Shown one piece after another: positions 8,344 to 16,482 of a stretch of 64,000 nucleotides of DNA. The translations under genes were made by a program, and so were the position numbers. Every line of letters begins with the position of its first letter. Position 1 is the stretch's first letter. Under the pieces are notes generated by a model. It saw only the letters and a list, made by a program, of their open reading frames with translations, was not told where the DNA came from and made no database searches. This DNA is from an uncultured Planctomycetales bacterium (GTDB lineage Bacteria > Omnitrophota > Gorgyraeia > Gygaellales > Profunditerraquicolaceae): NCBI GenBank assembly GCA_964645795.1, contig CAZYCL010000004.1, forward strand, positions 21,830 through 85,829, read 5' to 3'.

Positions 8344-9841
8344 TATGGATATCGCCAAATTATTGGAAGAAAAAGCGGCAGGGCTCGGCGAGAAGCCGGC
8401 AATAATCTTCAAGGGCCAGCGTACCAGCTTTTTGCAGCTCAAAGAGTCGTCGTTTAAGCTTGCCAACGCGCTAAAGGGTATCGGTATCGGCAAGGGCGAC
8501 AAGGTCGCCATATACCTGCCTAACTGGCCCCAATACTGCATAAGCTACCTTGCCTGCTGGTCAATAGGGGCGGCCTGCGTGCCGCTGGATTTTATGCTTA
8601 CGGAGGATGAGCTGGTTTCCTGTATTAATCATTCCGAGGCCAAGGCCCTGATCGCTAAAAGCAAAGCCAGCCTTTCCTTAGAGAAGATCAAATCCAGGTC
8701 CGAACGGCTGGAAAATATAATCGTCTGCCAGCAGGAGAAAGAGGGTTTTTTCTCATTCGAAGAGCTTATCGAAAAAAGCAGCGCAAATAACCCTCAAGTG
8801 CATATTGAGCCGAAAGATTACGCGATAATCTTTTACACTTCAGGCACCACAGGAAAGCCGAAAGGGGTCTTGATAAATTACCAACAGTTGGAGGCGCCTC
8901 CCAAGTCCATGACCTTCTTTGTGGATTTAAAACATGAAGATATCGCTTTAAGCGCGCTCCCTTTTTCCCATCTGGGAGGGCTTATCTATCTGCAGAACTG
9001 TATAGTCTACGGGATCACCGTAGTTCTGATGGACAGGTTTTCTACGCACGAGTTTCTTAAAAACGTGCAGGATTACCGCGTCAGCTGTTTCTGGCTGGTT
9101 CCCTCGATGTACTACGCGCTGTTGCAGCTAAAGGATTTTGAGAGTTTTAATATGGAAAGCGTGCGCTGGATGGTGATATTCGGCGCTCCAAGCTCTGCGG
9201 ATGCGCTGAGGAGATTCCATGCCCACTGCCCAAAGACCATCCTTCTTAACGGCTGGGGCATGACCGAGACCAATGCCCCGACCTGTGTTATCCCCATGGG
9301 CTCAGAAAAGATTGAGAGCGTAGGCCGCCCCGTGCCTTGGGTTGAGGTCAAGATATTCGATGATAACGATAAGGAATTACAGCAGGGCCAGGCCGGAGAG
9401 ATAGTGGTTAGAGGCTGGGTGGTTACCGACGGATACTTCAAGGACCCTGAGCTTACGGCCCAGACGATGCGCAACGGGTGGTTTCATACCGGTGACTTGG
9501 GCAGATTTGACCGTGACGGATACCTTTACATCGTGGGCAGGAAGAAGGAGATGATCAAGGTAGCCGGTGAGATCGTCTTTGAACCGGAGGTGGAGAGCGT
9601 GATCCTTAAGCATCAGGCAGTGGCCGAGGCAGCGGTAATCGGCGTGCCGGACAAGCTCAGAGGCGAAGTGCCCAAGGCATTTGTGGTGCGCAAGGAAGGC
9701 TCGAGCCTCAGTGAAGAAGAGCTGCGCTCTTTCTTAAAAGAGCATCTTGCGCATTACAAGATCCCGCATTATTTTGAATTCCCTTCCCAGCTCCCCAAGA
9801 ACCGCACGGGTAAGACCGATAAGGAGATCCTGAGGAAATAA
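8324..9841 (+). CDS. AMP-dependent acyl-CoA synthetase/ligase (FadD-like)
   Basis: AMP-binding signature 'IFYTSGTTGKPKGV', 'GWGMTET' and the C-terminal 'PKNRTGKTDK' lysine motif. An alternative ATG at 8345 would avoid overlap with the upstream GGDEF stop. Confidence 0.8.
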   Translation: MKSARLDMDIAKLLEEKAAGLGEKPAIIFKGQRTSFLQLKESSFKLANALKGIGIGKGDKVAIYLPNWPQYCISYLACWSIGAACVPLDFMLTEDELVSCINHSEAKALIAKSKASLSLEKIKSRSERLENIIVCQQEKEGFFSFEELIEKSSANNPQVHIEPKDYAIIFYTSGTTGKPKGVLINYQQLEAPPKSMTFFVDLKHEDIALSALPFSHLGGLIYLQNCIVYGITVVLMDRFSTHEFLKNVQDYRVSCFWLVPSMYYALLQLKDFESFNMESVRWMVIFGAPSSADALRRFHAHCPKTILLNGWGMTETNAPTCVIPMGSEKIESVGRPVPWVEVKIFDDNDKELQQGQAGEIVVRGWVVTDGYFKDPELTAQTMRNGWFHTGDLGRFDRDGYLYIVGRKKEMIKVAGEIVFEPEVESVILKHQAVAEAAVIGVPDKLRGEVPKAFVVRKEGSSLSEEELRSFLKEHLAHYKIPHYFEFPSQLPKNRTGKTDKEILRK

Positions 9842-9910
9842 GAGATTTAAAACATGGTGGCGGTTATTTTAGTAAGTCCGCACCTATTACACTGAAGATA
9901 GGCAAGAAAT

Positions 9911-10933
9911 ATGAGAGATATTAAAGAATTAAGCCTTCAGGAATTGCAGACAGTTCTCAAGCAATGGGGTGAGAAAGATTTTCGGGCCAAGCAGATCCTT
10001 GAGTGGATATACTCAAAGGCCAAGCTTGATTTTAGCGGGATGAGCAGCCTTTCTGGGCCTTTGCGTAAAAAGCTGGAGCAGCAGTTTTTTATCAGCGGAT
10101 TGTCCCTGGTAGAGGCTTTAAGCGCGCGCGACGGGACCGAGAAGCTGCTTTTTAAGACGCGGGATGCAAATTTTATCGAATCCGTGATCATCCCTGCCGA
10201 GGGCAGGGTCAGCGTATGCCTGTCTACCCAGGCAGGCTGCAGGTTTGCCTGCAAATTTTGCGCCAGCGGCGCCGGCGGATTCAAAAGGAACCTCTCTTGG
10301 CAGGAGATCATCGATCAACTGCTGCATATAAAATCCCGCTCTCCGAAGCTCTCTCATGTGGTATTCATGGGGACTGGCGAGCCGCTGGACAATTACGACA
10401 ATCTGCTGCGGGCGATAAGGCTGATTAATTCAAGCCAGGGTTTTGCCATCGGGGCACGCCGGATCACGATTTCTACCTGCGGCCTGATTCCTCAGATCAG
10501 GAAGCTGGCAGGAGAGGGGCTGCAGATCGAGTTATCCGTTTCGCTGCATGCCTCCAGCGACGCCCAGAGGAGCACAGTCATGCCGGTAAACAAAAAATAT
10601 CCGCTCAAACTTTTACTGGACGCCTGCAGGGATTATATAAAACAGACTCACCGCCAGGTGACTTTCGAGTACTGCCTTATCGAAGGGTTTAATTCGGATT
10701 TGCAAAATGCCCGGGATTTGAGTAAAATGCTTAAGGGCCTGAACTGCAAGGTCAACATAATCGCGGTCAACCCCATAAAGGAGTCCGGCGCCAGGGTTTG
10801 TAACAAGATGCAGGCGATATTTTTCCGCGACCGTCTTTTAAAAGAAGGAATAACGGCGACAATCAGGAAGTCGCGCGGCGATGATATCAACGCTGCCTGC
10901 GGGCAGCTGAGGCTGCGGTATGAAAAGAAATAG
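9911..10933 (+). CDS. rlmN: 23S rRNA (adenine2503-C2)/tRNA methyltransferase RlmN, radical SAM
   Basis: Radical SAM cluster motif 'GCRFACKFCASG' and 'VFMGTGEPLDN'. Conserved C-terminal Cys in 'AACGQL'. Confidence 0.85.
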   Translation: MRDIKELSLQELQTVLKQWGEKDFRAKQILEWIYSKAKLDFSGMSSLSGPLRKKLEQQFFISGLSLVEALSARDGTEKLLFKTRDANFIESVIIPAEGRVSVCLSTQAGCRFACKFCASGAGGFKRNLSWQEIIDQLLHIKSRSPKLSHVVFMGTGEPLDNYDNLLRAIRLINSSQGFAIGARRITISTCGLIPQIRKLAGEGLQIELSVSLHASSDAQRSTVMPVNKKYPLKLLLDACRDYIKQTHRQVTFEYCLIEGFNSDLQNARDLSKMLKGLNCKVNIIAVNPIKESGARVCNKMQAIFFRDRLLKEGITATIRKSRGDDINAACGQLRLRYEKK

Positions 10934-11585
10934 GCTTATCGGCGTAATCTTATGTTTTATAGGGTTTTCGGCCTACCTAATCTTTAGCCCTGCCGGCTGC
11001 GGCAGGAAAACGATAAAGAACGTCGGCTCATCCGGCTCTACCATTGTCTGCTTCGGGGACAGCCTTACTTTCGGTTACGGCGTGCCCGGCGGGGATGATT
11101 ACCCGGCGGCGCTTTCGAAGATGCTGAACATGCCGGTAATCAACGCCGGCATCGATGGAGATTCTTCTGGCGAGGCGCTTAAGCGCATCCAATCGGATGT
11201 CCTGGACCGCAACCCGATGCTGGTGATCATTGAGTTCGGGGGAAACGATTTTTTAAGGAAAGTGCCCCTCGAGAACACGATCGCCAATATCAGCCAGATG
11301 GCGGATATGGTGCAGGAGAAAGGCGCGATGGCCGCCATTGTGGATATAAGCTCGGGGATATTCATGGCTACTTACCGTAAGGCCCTTCGCGCTCTTGCGG
11401 AGAACAAGCAGGCGATATTCGTGCCTTCGGTGTTAAGCGGCATCATCACTAATCCCGAAATGAAAAGCGATTTTCTCCATCCCAATGCCGAAGGCTACAG
11501 GCTGATAGCCCAGAGGGTGCACAAGGAGGTCGCCGGCTACCTCAGGCGCAATAGCCCGCCTGCCGTCCAAGCGGATAAAAATTAA
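10920..11585 (+). CDS. SGNH/GDSL-family lipase-esterase (TesA-like), probable lipoprotein
   Basis: 'VCFGDSLTFGYG' GDSL block I, 'GGNDF' block III and 'DFLHPN' block V. N-terminal signal with an 'AGC' lipobox. Confidence 0.7.
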   Translation: MKRNRLIGVILCFIGFSAYLIFSPAGCGRKTIKNVGSSGSTIVCFGDSLTFGYGVPGGDDYPAALSKMLNMPVINAGIDGDSSGEALKRIQSDVLDRNPMLVIIEFGGNDFLRKVPLENTIANISQMADMVQEKGAMAAIVDISSGIFMATYRKALRALAENKQAIFVPSVLSGIITNPEMKSDFLHPNAEGYRLIAQRVHKEVAGYLRRNSPPAVQADKN

Positions 11586-11589
11586 GGTT

Positions 11590-11970
11590 TTGAGGGAGGC
11601 TGATATGAAAAAGATTCTGGTGATAGACGACGACATTAATTTCCTTAAGTTCGTCAAGGCAAGTCTTGAGAAAAAAGGGGGGTTTGAGGTCGCTGTCTGC
11701 AGCGAAGGCCGGCTGGGGTTTGATACGGCCAGGTCCGTCTCGCCCGGATTAATACTCCTGGACGTGATGATGCCGGATATGGAGGGGCCGGATGTCGCCG
11801 CGAAGCTGCGCGCCGACCCGCAGCTAAAAAATATTCCTCTTTTGTTTCTGACCAGCGCCATAACCGAAAAAGAAGAACAGCGCCTTAAGGATAACCGCGG
11901 CTGGCAGTATCTTTCCAAGCCCATAGATGCGGCAAAGCTGTTGGAAGCGGTGAGCGTGTTCTTTAAGTAG
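11590..11970 (+). CDS. single-domain response regulator (CheY-like receiver)
   Basis: 'ILVIDDD', phospho-acceptor context 'LILLDVMMPDMEG', conserved 'LTS' and 'KP' positions. No output domain. Confidence 0.75.
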   Translation: MREADMKKILVIDDDINFLKFVKASLEKKGGFEVAVCSEGRLGFDTARSVSPGLILLDVMMPDMEGPDVAAKLRADPQLKNIPLLFLTSAITEKEEQRLKDNRGWQYLSKPIDAAKLLEAVSVFFK

Positions 11971-11982
11971 CGATTAAAAAAT

Positions 11983-12020
11983 AAAGAGGGCTTTCTATTT
12001 CTAGAAAGCCCTCTTTATTG
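11983..12020 (+). terminator. rho-independent terminator downstream of response regulator
   Basis: Perfect 13-bp stem 'aaagagggctttc / gaaagccctcttt' with a T-rich tail. Confidence 0.6.
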
Positions 12021-12027
12021 TTCTTGC

Positions 12028-12084
12028 AAATTTTTCCTTGTCGCAAAAAATGAACCTAGGCACCACGCTCGCTGCTCGCCTTGT
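12028..12084. repeat. 57-bp direct repeat, copy 1 (2 mismatches to copy at 12275-12331)
   Basis: 'aaatttttccttgtcgcaaaaaatgaacctaggcaccacgctcgctgctcgccttgt' recurs at 12275-12331. Confidence 0.7.
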
Positions 12085-12259
12085 TAATGAGCAGATAACT
12101 TACGCAGCGCAGTAAGCGCGACGTAAGTTATAGGCCGAAGGCCGCCTGCGAATTAATCCCGCCGCCTTTTGGCGGGATCTGCCTCGTGATGGCCGCTTAA
12201 CGCTTGAGCACCTTAAGCATTTATCCAGCGAAATACTTGTGAGCGCAAGCGAACAAGTA

Positions 12260-12296
12260 CGCTTTGGTGCCACCAAATTTTTCCTTGTCGGAAAAA
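12260..12296. repeat. 37-bp direct repeat (copy 1) of the tRNA-Ala 3'-flanking hairpin module
   Basis: 'cgctttggtgccaccaaatttttccttgtcggaaaaa' is identical to 12348-12384. Confidence 0.7.
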
Positions 12297-12331
12297 ATGA
12301 ACCTAGGCACCACACTCGCTGCTCGCCTTGT
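12275..12331. repeat. 57-bp direct repeat, copy 2
   Basis: Near-identical to 12028-12084. Its first part is also a degenerate copy of the tRNA-Ala 3' hairpin. Confidence 0.7.
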
Positions 12332-12347
12332 CGGCTCGCTTAACGCT

Positions 12348-12384
12348 CGCTTTGGTGCCACCAAATTTTTCCTTGTCGGAAAAA
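12348..12384. repeat. 37-bp direct repeat (copy 2), overlaps the tRNA-Ala terminator hairpin
   Basis: Identical to 12260-12296. Confidence 0.7.
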
Positions 12385-12392
12385 TTTGGTGG
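12358..12392 (-). terminator. terminator hairpin immediately 3' of tRNA-Ala (stem includes the encoded CCACCA end)
   Basis: Perfect 15-bp stem 'ccaccaaatttttcc / ggaaaaatttggtgg' with a 5-nt loop. A-run then T-run on the minus strand. Confidence 0.55.
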
Positions 12393-12462
12393 AGCAGAAG
12401 AGATTTGAACTCTCGACCCCTTGCATGCCATGCAAGTGCTCTCCCAGCTGAGCTACTGCCCC
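12387..12462 (-). tRNA. tRNA-Ala (anticodon GGC), CCA encoded
   Basis: Reverse complement folds as a canonical cloverleaf GGGGCAGTAGCTCAGCTGGGAGAGCACTTGCATGGCATGCAAGGGGTCGAGAGTTCAAATCTCTTCTGCTCCACCA. It has the G3:U70 alanine identity pair and anticodon loop AT-GGC-AT. Confidence 0.85.
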
Positions 12463-12610
12463 AAACCCAATTTTACTTATTGTCTTGGGGCATCCTACTG
12501 AGTTCAACTTCAGGAGGATTGTCCCCCAAATACCATATTCCTTGGTCTATATTTATCTGTTGACCGTAGCTATTTTAGACTATAAAATATTGTCCGTCAA
12601 TGAATTTTGC

Positions 12611-12693
12611 GCCGAAGTGGTGGAATGGCATACACGTCGGTCTCAAAAACCGATGGGCTCACGCCCGTAAGGGTTCAACTCCCTTCTTCGGCA
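12611..12693 (+). tRNA. tRNA-Leu (anticodon CAA), type II with long variable arm, CCA not encoded
   Basis: GCCGAAG acceptor pairs with CTTCGGC. Anticodon stem is TCGGT/ACCGA with loop CT-CAA-AA. Variable-arm hairpin GGGC-TCAC-GCCC and T-arm AAGGG-TTCAACT-CCCTT. Closely resembles bacterial tRNA-Leu. Confidence 0.85.
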
Positions 12694-12832
12694 CTTACTC
12701 TAACGGGTTCTCCCGCAAAAATCGTGCGGGATTCCCGCTTACGCGGGATTTCGCCGTACAGAGCTTTAAGGAGCTCATAATTCGGCCATACAACTTACGT
12801 TCGCTGGCGCTCCGTAAGTTGTGGCCTCATTG

Positions 12833-12854
12833 AAACTCCCTTCTTCGGCACTTA
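12833..12854. repeat. direct repeat duplicating the last ~21 nt of tRNA-Leu (att-like)
   Basis: 'aactcccttcttcggcactta' at 12677-12697 (tRNA T-arm and acceptor 3' end) recurs at 12834-12854, about 140 bp downstream. Confidence 0.6.
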
Positions 12855-12941
12855 AAAATCAGGGACGGTTCTCAAGACAATCTAAAAGTGTCCCCTTTAG
12901 GGGGACAGTTCTAAATCAGCTTGAGAACCGTCCCTGATTTT
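12853..12941. terminator. long perfect 23-bp inverted repeat with nested hairpin; bidirectional terminator between tRNA-Leu and convergent response regulator
   Basis: Outer stem 'aaaaatcagggacggttctcaag' (12853-12875) pairs with 'cttgagaaccgtccctgattttt' (12919-12941). Nested hairpin 'gtcccc-ttta-gggggac' in the loop. A/T runs on both sides. Confidence 0.6.
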
Positions 12942-13306
12942 TAGGGGAGGAGCAGGTTGATCTGGCTGAAGAGCTCTTCGAAGTTGCAGGGTTTCATTAG
13001 GTGTTTTATGGAAGCCCCTGCAAGGCTTTCAAAAGCGCTCAAGTCTGCCAGTTGCTGTGCAGAGAAAATGATGATCGGTATTGCCTGGGTCTCGGAGTTG
13101 GCGCGCAGCCTTCTGCATGCTTCGAAGCCGTCCATCTCCGGCATGTTTATATCCAGGAGGATCAGGTCCGGCCTGCCGCGTGAGACCTTCTCCAACGCCT
13201 CCCGTCCGTTAGTCGCGATCTCGGTATTAAAACCCCTGTTCTCCAAAAAATACCCTACGGTCGCCCTTATGGTTTCTTCGTCATCCGCTATGAGCACCTT
13301 TTTCAT
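12941..13306 (-). CDS. single-domain response regulator (CheY-like receiver)
   Basis: 'VLIADDEE', 'LILLDINMPEMDG', 'IPIIIFSA', 'KP'. Convergent with the + strand response regulator across the tRNA locus. Confidence 0.75.
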   Translation of the reverse strand: MKKVLIADDEETIRATVGYFLENRGFNTEIATNGREALEKVSRGRPDLILLDINMPEMDGFEACRRLRANSETQAIPIIIFSAQQLADLSAFESLAGASIKHLMKPCNFEELFSQINLLLP

Positions 13307-13397
13307 ATTGCCTCCTGTTTAAGTTTATTGCATTTTATCGCCAAAATCAAGAGCGAATAGGTAGTCTGATCAGGGTCGGATATGGTATAATTAGCGC

Positions 13398-15629
13398 ATG
13401 TCCATTGAGCCAAAAACCTTAGCGCTGCGCTTTTTTTCTGCGGCGATGTTTTTGCTTTGCGTTCTCGCGTTGGCCGGAGTATTTCTTTATGTGTTCTTGA
13501 ACATGGCCCAGGAGCTGCACGATCCTGACATATGGCTGCATTTGAAGAGTGGCCAATACATAATTGAAAACAAGGCTGTGCCCAAGGCAGATATTTTTTC
13601 CGTGGCGCTGGAGGGAAAAGATTGGATCGATCACTCCTGGCTTACTCAGGTGGCCTATTACCTTATTTTTCGTTCCGGAGGCGCTGACGCCCTGCTTATC
13701 TTCTCCGCCTGGGTGATGGCGGGGGCTTTTTTGGTGTTATCATTGGCTATCCTGCCCGGCCGGGGGCATTTGGCTTTAAGCACCTGCATCGTTGCCGCGT
13801 CAATATTTGCCTGTTCTTTACGTCTTAATCTGCGTCCGGAGAACATATCGATTTTGTTCTTCGCTCTGTATCTGTTGATCATTACCAGGGGCCTGGGAAC
13901 GCGATGGGCGTATTTGTTAATCCCGCTGCAGGTATTATGGGTGAATATGCACGGGTTCTTCATCCTTGGGCCCCTCCTGCTGGGTCTTTATTTAGCCGCG
14001 GATTATCTTCTTCGTTTAAAGCCCCTGGCCAAGTTGCTCAAGGCCCCGCCCCTCCAGAGGCATCAGTTACGGTCAATGCTGGTCATATTTCCCCTGGTTG
14101 TCGCCGCGTCCCTGCTTAATCCTTATGGCCATAAAGGAGCGCTTTATCCGCTTGGGATAATTCATCAAAGCTTGATCTCCTCGAAATCTTTTTTGTATCT
14201 TTACATCACGGAGCTTGAGCCGGTATCCCTGCTTTTTAACAGCGGGTATCCGGTTTTCGCGTATTATTTACTTTTGGCCCTGACGTCGGTATTGGTAGCA
14301 GTGCGTTTTCTCCGGCTGCATCTTTTTTATCCTGCATGTTGGCTTGCGCTTGCGGCAGGATCATTAGCCGTCAACCGTAATATGGCGTATTTCAGCTTAT
14401 TTTCTGCCGTCGTCCTGGGCATGGCGGTCTTTGGCCTCATCCAGGAGTACAAGGTAAAGAGAGCGCTATATCAGGGCGCGGCGGCCGTCATACTGGCCCT
14501 AGTTTTGCATATCTCCTGGAGCGCCGATATACAAATGCTTTCCGCAAGCTATCGCAGCGCGCAGGATAATCGCCTGAAAGGCGCGCTTCTGGGCGTAAAC
14601 CCCCGCTTTTATCCCGTGAAGGCCGCGGATTTCCTGGCAAAGAACGCCCTGCCCGCCAACATATTCAATCTTTTTGACCACGGCGCTTACCTGATTTACC
14701 GCCTCTATCCCAAGTACAAGGTGTTCATTGACGGCAGGACAGAGCTTTACGGCCAGGAGCTTTTTTGCGAATCGCTCAAGATGCTTTATGGAAACCAGGA
14801 GTCAATAGAGAGGCTTTGTTCTGAATACCGGATCAATACCGTGCTCGTAAGCGATGTATCCGCATCCTACCGCGATTGCTTTAAATATTTCTTAACCAGC
14901 TCCGAATGGGCACTGGTATACCTGGACTGGGACGGGCTCATATTCGTGCGGCGAAAGGCCATGGATAAGAAAAAGCTGGCCTCTCTGGTCATGGATCCGG
15001 CAAAACGCAGGACGCCGAGGGCAAATCTGCCTGGATTTTCAGGGAACAGGGCTTACGCCGAGCAGTATCTTCTGCGCGGTCAGCTCCTTTACAGCCTGGG
15101 TTTTTATGATCAGGCGCTTTCCGAGGTCGCTGAGGCACTGCGCATTTTTCCCAGGCAGGCTTTCGCATATATCATTATGGCGAAGGTGCATCTGGCCAGG
15201 GGCTTGCTGCAGCAGGCTTATGAGGATATACGCCGCGCCAGCGCCTGTTCCCCTCAAGACAGGTCCGTGTTTATCCTGCTGGCAGAGTATTACGCGGCGC
15301 GCGGCGACAGCCAAGCGGCAATAAAGATTTACCGGGGCCTGCTCAAGCGCCGCCCGCGTCTTTCAAGGGATTATTACCGTCTGGGCAGGGAGTACGCGCG
15401 CATCAAAGAATACGCTCAAGCATCCGAGGTTTTAAGGAAGGCCGTAGCATTGCATCCCCTTCAGGCCGCCTATTATAAGGAGCTGGGCCAGGCGCTGGCT
15501 GCTGATGACCGCGCGCAGGAGGCGATAAAGTTATATGAAGAGGCTGTGGTGCTGGGGCTGGATGCCCATTTTTTCCGCCGCAAGATCATCGATCTGATTG
15601 ACGCTCGTCAAGGGCTGGGGTATAATTGA
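13398..15629 (+). CDS. large polytopic membrane protein (GT-C/ArnT-PMT-like N-terminal domain) with C-terminal TPR repeats
   Basis: About 500 aa with at least 10 hydrophobic helices and an early 'DPDIW' loop motif. C-terminal ~230 aa is made of TPR-like repeats (AYIIMAKVHLARGLLQQAYEDIRRA...). Confidence 0.45.
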   Translation: MSIEPKTLALRFFSAAMFLLCVLALAGVFLYVFLNMAQELHDPDIWLHLKSGQYIIENKAVPKADIFSVALEGKDWIDHSWLTQVAYYLIFRSGGADALLIFSAWVMAGAFLVLSLAILPGRGHLALSTCIVAASIFACSLRLNLRPENISILFFALYLLIITRGLGTRWAYLLIPLQVLWVNMHGFFILGPLLLGLYLAADYLLRLKPLAKLLKAPPLQRHQLRSMLVIFPLVVAASLLNPYGHKGALYPLGIIHQSLISSKSFLYLYITELEPVSLLFNSGYPVFAYYLLLALTSVLVAVRFLRLHLFYPACWLALAAGSLAVNRNMAYFSLFSAVVLGMAVFGLIQEYKVKRALYQGAAAVILALVLHISWSADIQMLSASYRSAQDNRLKGALLGVNPRFYPVKAADFLAKNALPANIFNLFDHGAYLIYRLYPKYKVFIDGRTELYGQELFCESLKMLYGNQESIERLCSEYRINTVLVSDVSASYRDCFKYFLTSSEWALVYLDWDGLIFVRRKAMDKKKLASLVMDPAKRRTPRANLPGFSGNRAYAEQYLLRGQLLYSLGFYDQALSEVAEALRIFPRQAFAYIIMAKVHLARGLLQQAYEDIRRASACSPQDRSVFILLAEYYAARGDSQAAIKIYRGLLKRRPRLSRDYYRLGREYARIKEYAQASEVLRKAVALHPLQAAYYKELGQALAADDRAQEAIKLYEEAVVLGLDAHFFRRKIIDLIDARQGLGYN

Positions 15630-16480
15630 AACCAATGCGTTTGGGTGTGCACATCAGCGGATTCAAGGATTTCCCTGAAAGCCTGGAGAAAGCCAGGGGC
15701 CTAAAGACCAACACCATGCAGATATTTACCCATAGCCCCCGGGTCTGGCAGGGCAAGTCGCCCTCGGAAGAATCGGCAAACGCATTCCGAGAAGCTCGCA
15801 AAAATACGGGGATCTCCCCGGTATTTATCCACGCTTCGTATCTGATAAACCCGGCTTCTCCGGATAAAAAGCTCTACGCTGCCTCCATATCCGCCTGCAT
15901 CCGCGAGGTCAGGGATGCCGGCAGGCTCGGAGCAGATTATTATGTCACCCATATGGGCAGCCACAAGCAGACTTCAGAGGCCGAAGGCATAGAAAGGCTG
16001 GTGGCAGCCCTTAACAAGGTGGCTGAGGCGACATCCGATAGCGGGGTAGTGATCCTTTTGGAGAATACCGCCGGAGGAGGCTCCAGCCTCGGCTACAGCT
16101 TCGCACATCATAAAGAGATCCTGCGCGGCCTCGGGAATAAAGACAGGTTCGGCTTGTGTTTCGATACCTGTCACGCCTATGCCGCCGGTTATAATATAGG
16201 CGATAATAACGGACTGCAGGCTTGCGTCGAAGAAGTCCGGGAGTGCGCGGGATTAGAGCGTTTGAAGCTCATACATTTAAACGATTGCTCCGGCAAACTA
16301 GGCTCGCATCTTGATCGGCACGAGCACCTGGGCAAAGGAGCGCTCGGCAACAAGGGGATAACTCGCATCATAAACCATGCAGAGCTGCGGGATAAGCCGT
16401 TTATACTGGAGACCCCCAAAGATACGCCGAGAAGCGACATTATCAATCTTAATAAGGTAAGGAAGATGAGAGAAGGCTGA
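15626..16480 (+). CDS. nfo: endonuclease IV (AP endonuclease family 2)
   Basis: '[16 protein letters not shown]', '[15 protein letters not shown]' and '[22 protein letters not shown]' are conserved Zn-ligand regions of Nfo. Confidence 0.8.
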   Translation: MKPMRLGVHISGFKDFPESLEKARGLKTNTMQIFTHSPRVWQGKSPSEESANAFREARKNTGISPVFIHASYLINPASPDKKLYAASISACIREVRDAGRLGADYYVTHMGSHKQTSEAEGIERLVAALNKVAEATSDSGVVILLENTAGGGSSLGYSFAHHKEILRGLGNKDRFGLCFDTCHAYAAGYNIGDNNGLQACVEEVRECAGLERLKLIHLNDCSGKLGSHLDRHEHLGKGALGNKGITRIINHAELRDKPFILETPKDTPRSDIINLNKVRKMREG

Positions 16481-16482
16481 TT

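Noticed and set aside
12020-12400. Possibility that the repeated units downstream of tRNA-Ala are a CRISPR array
   Set aside because: There are only two or three copies. Unit lengths differ (37 and 57 bp), the intervening 'spacers' are irregular, and the repeats are explained by duplication of the tRNA 3' hairpin. No cas genes are nearby.
12264-12833. Three small + strand ORFs (99, 61, 77 aa) in the tRNA region
   Set aside because: They run straight through tRNA-Ala, tRNA-Leu and hairpin repeats. tRNA structure explains the sequence, and none has an RBS.
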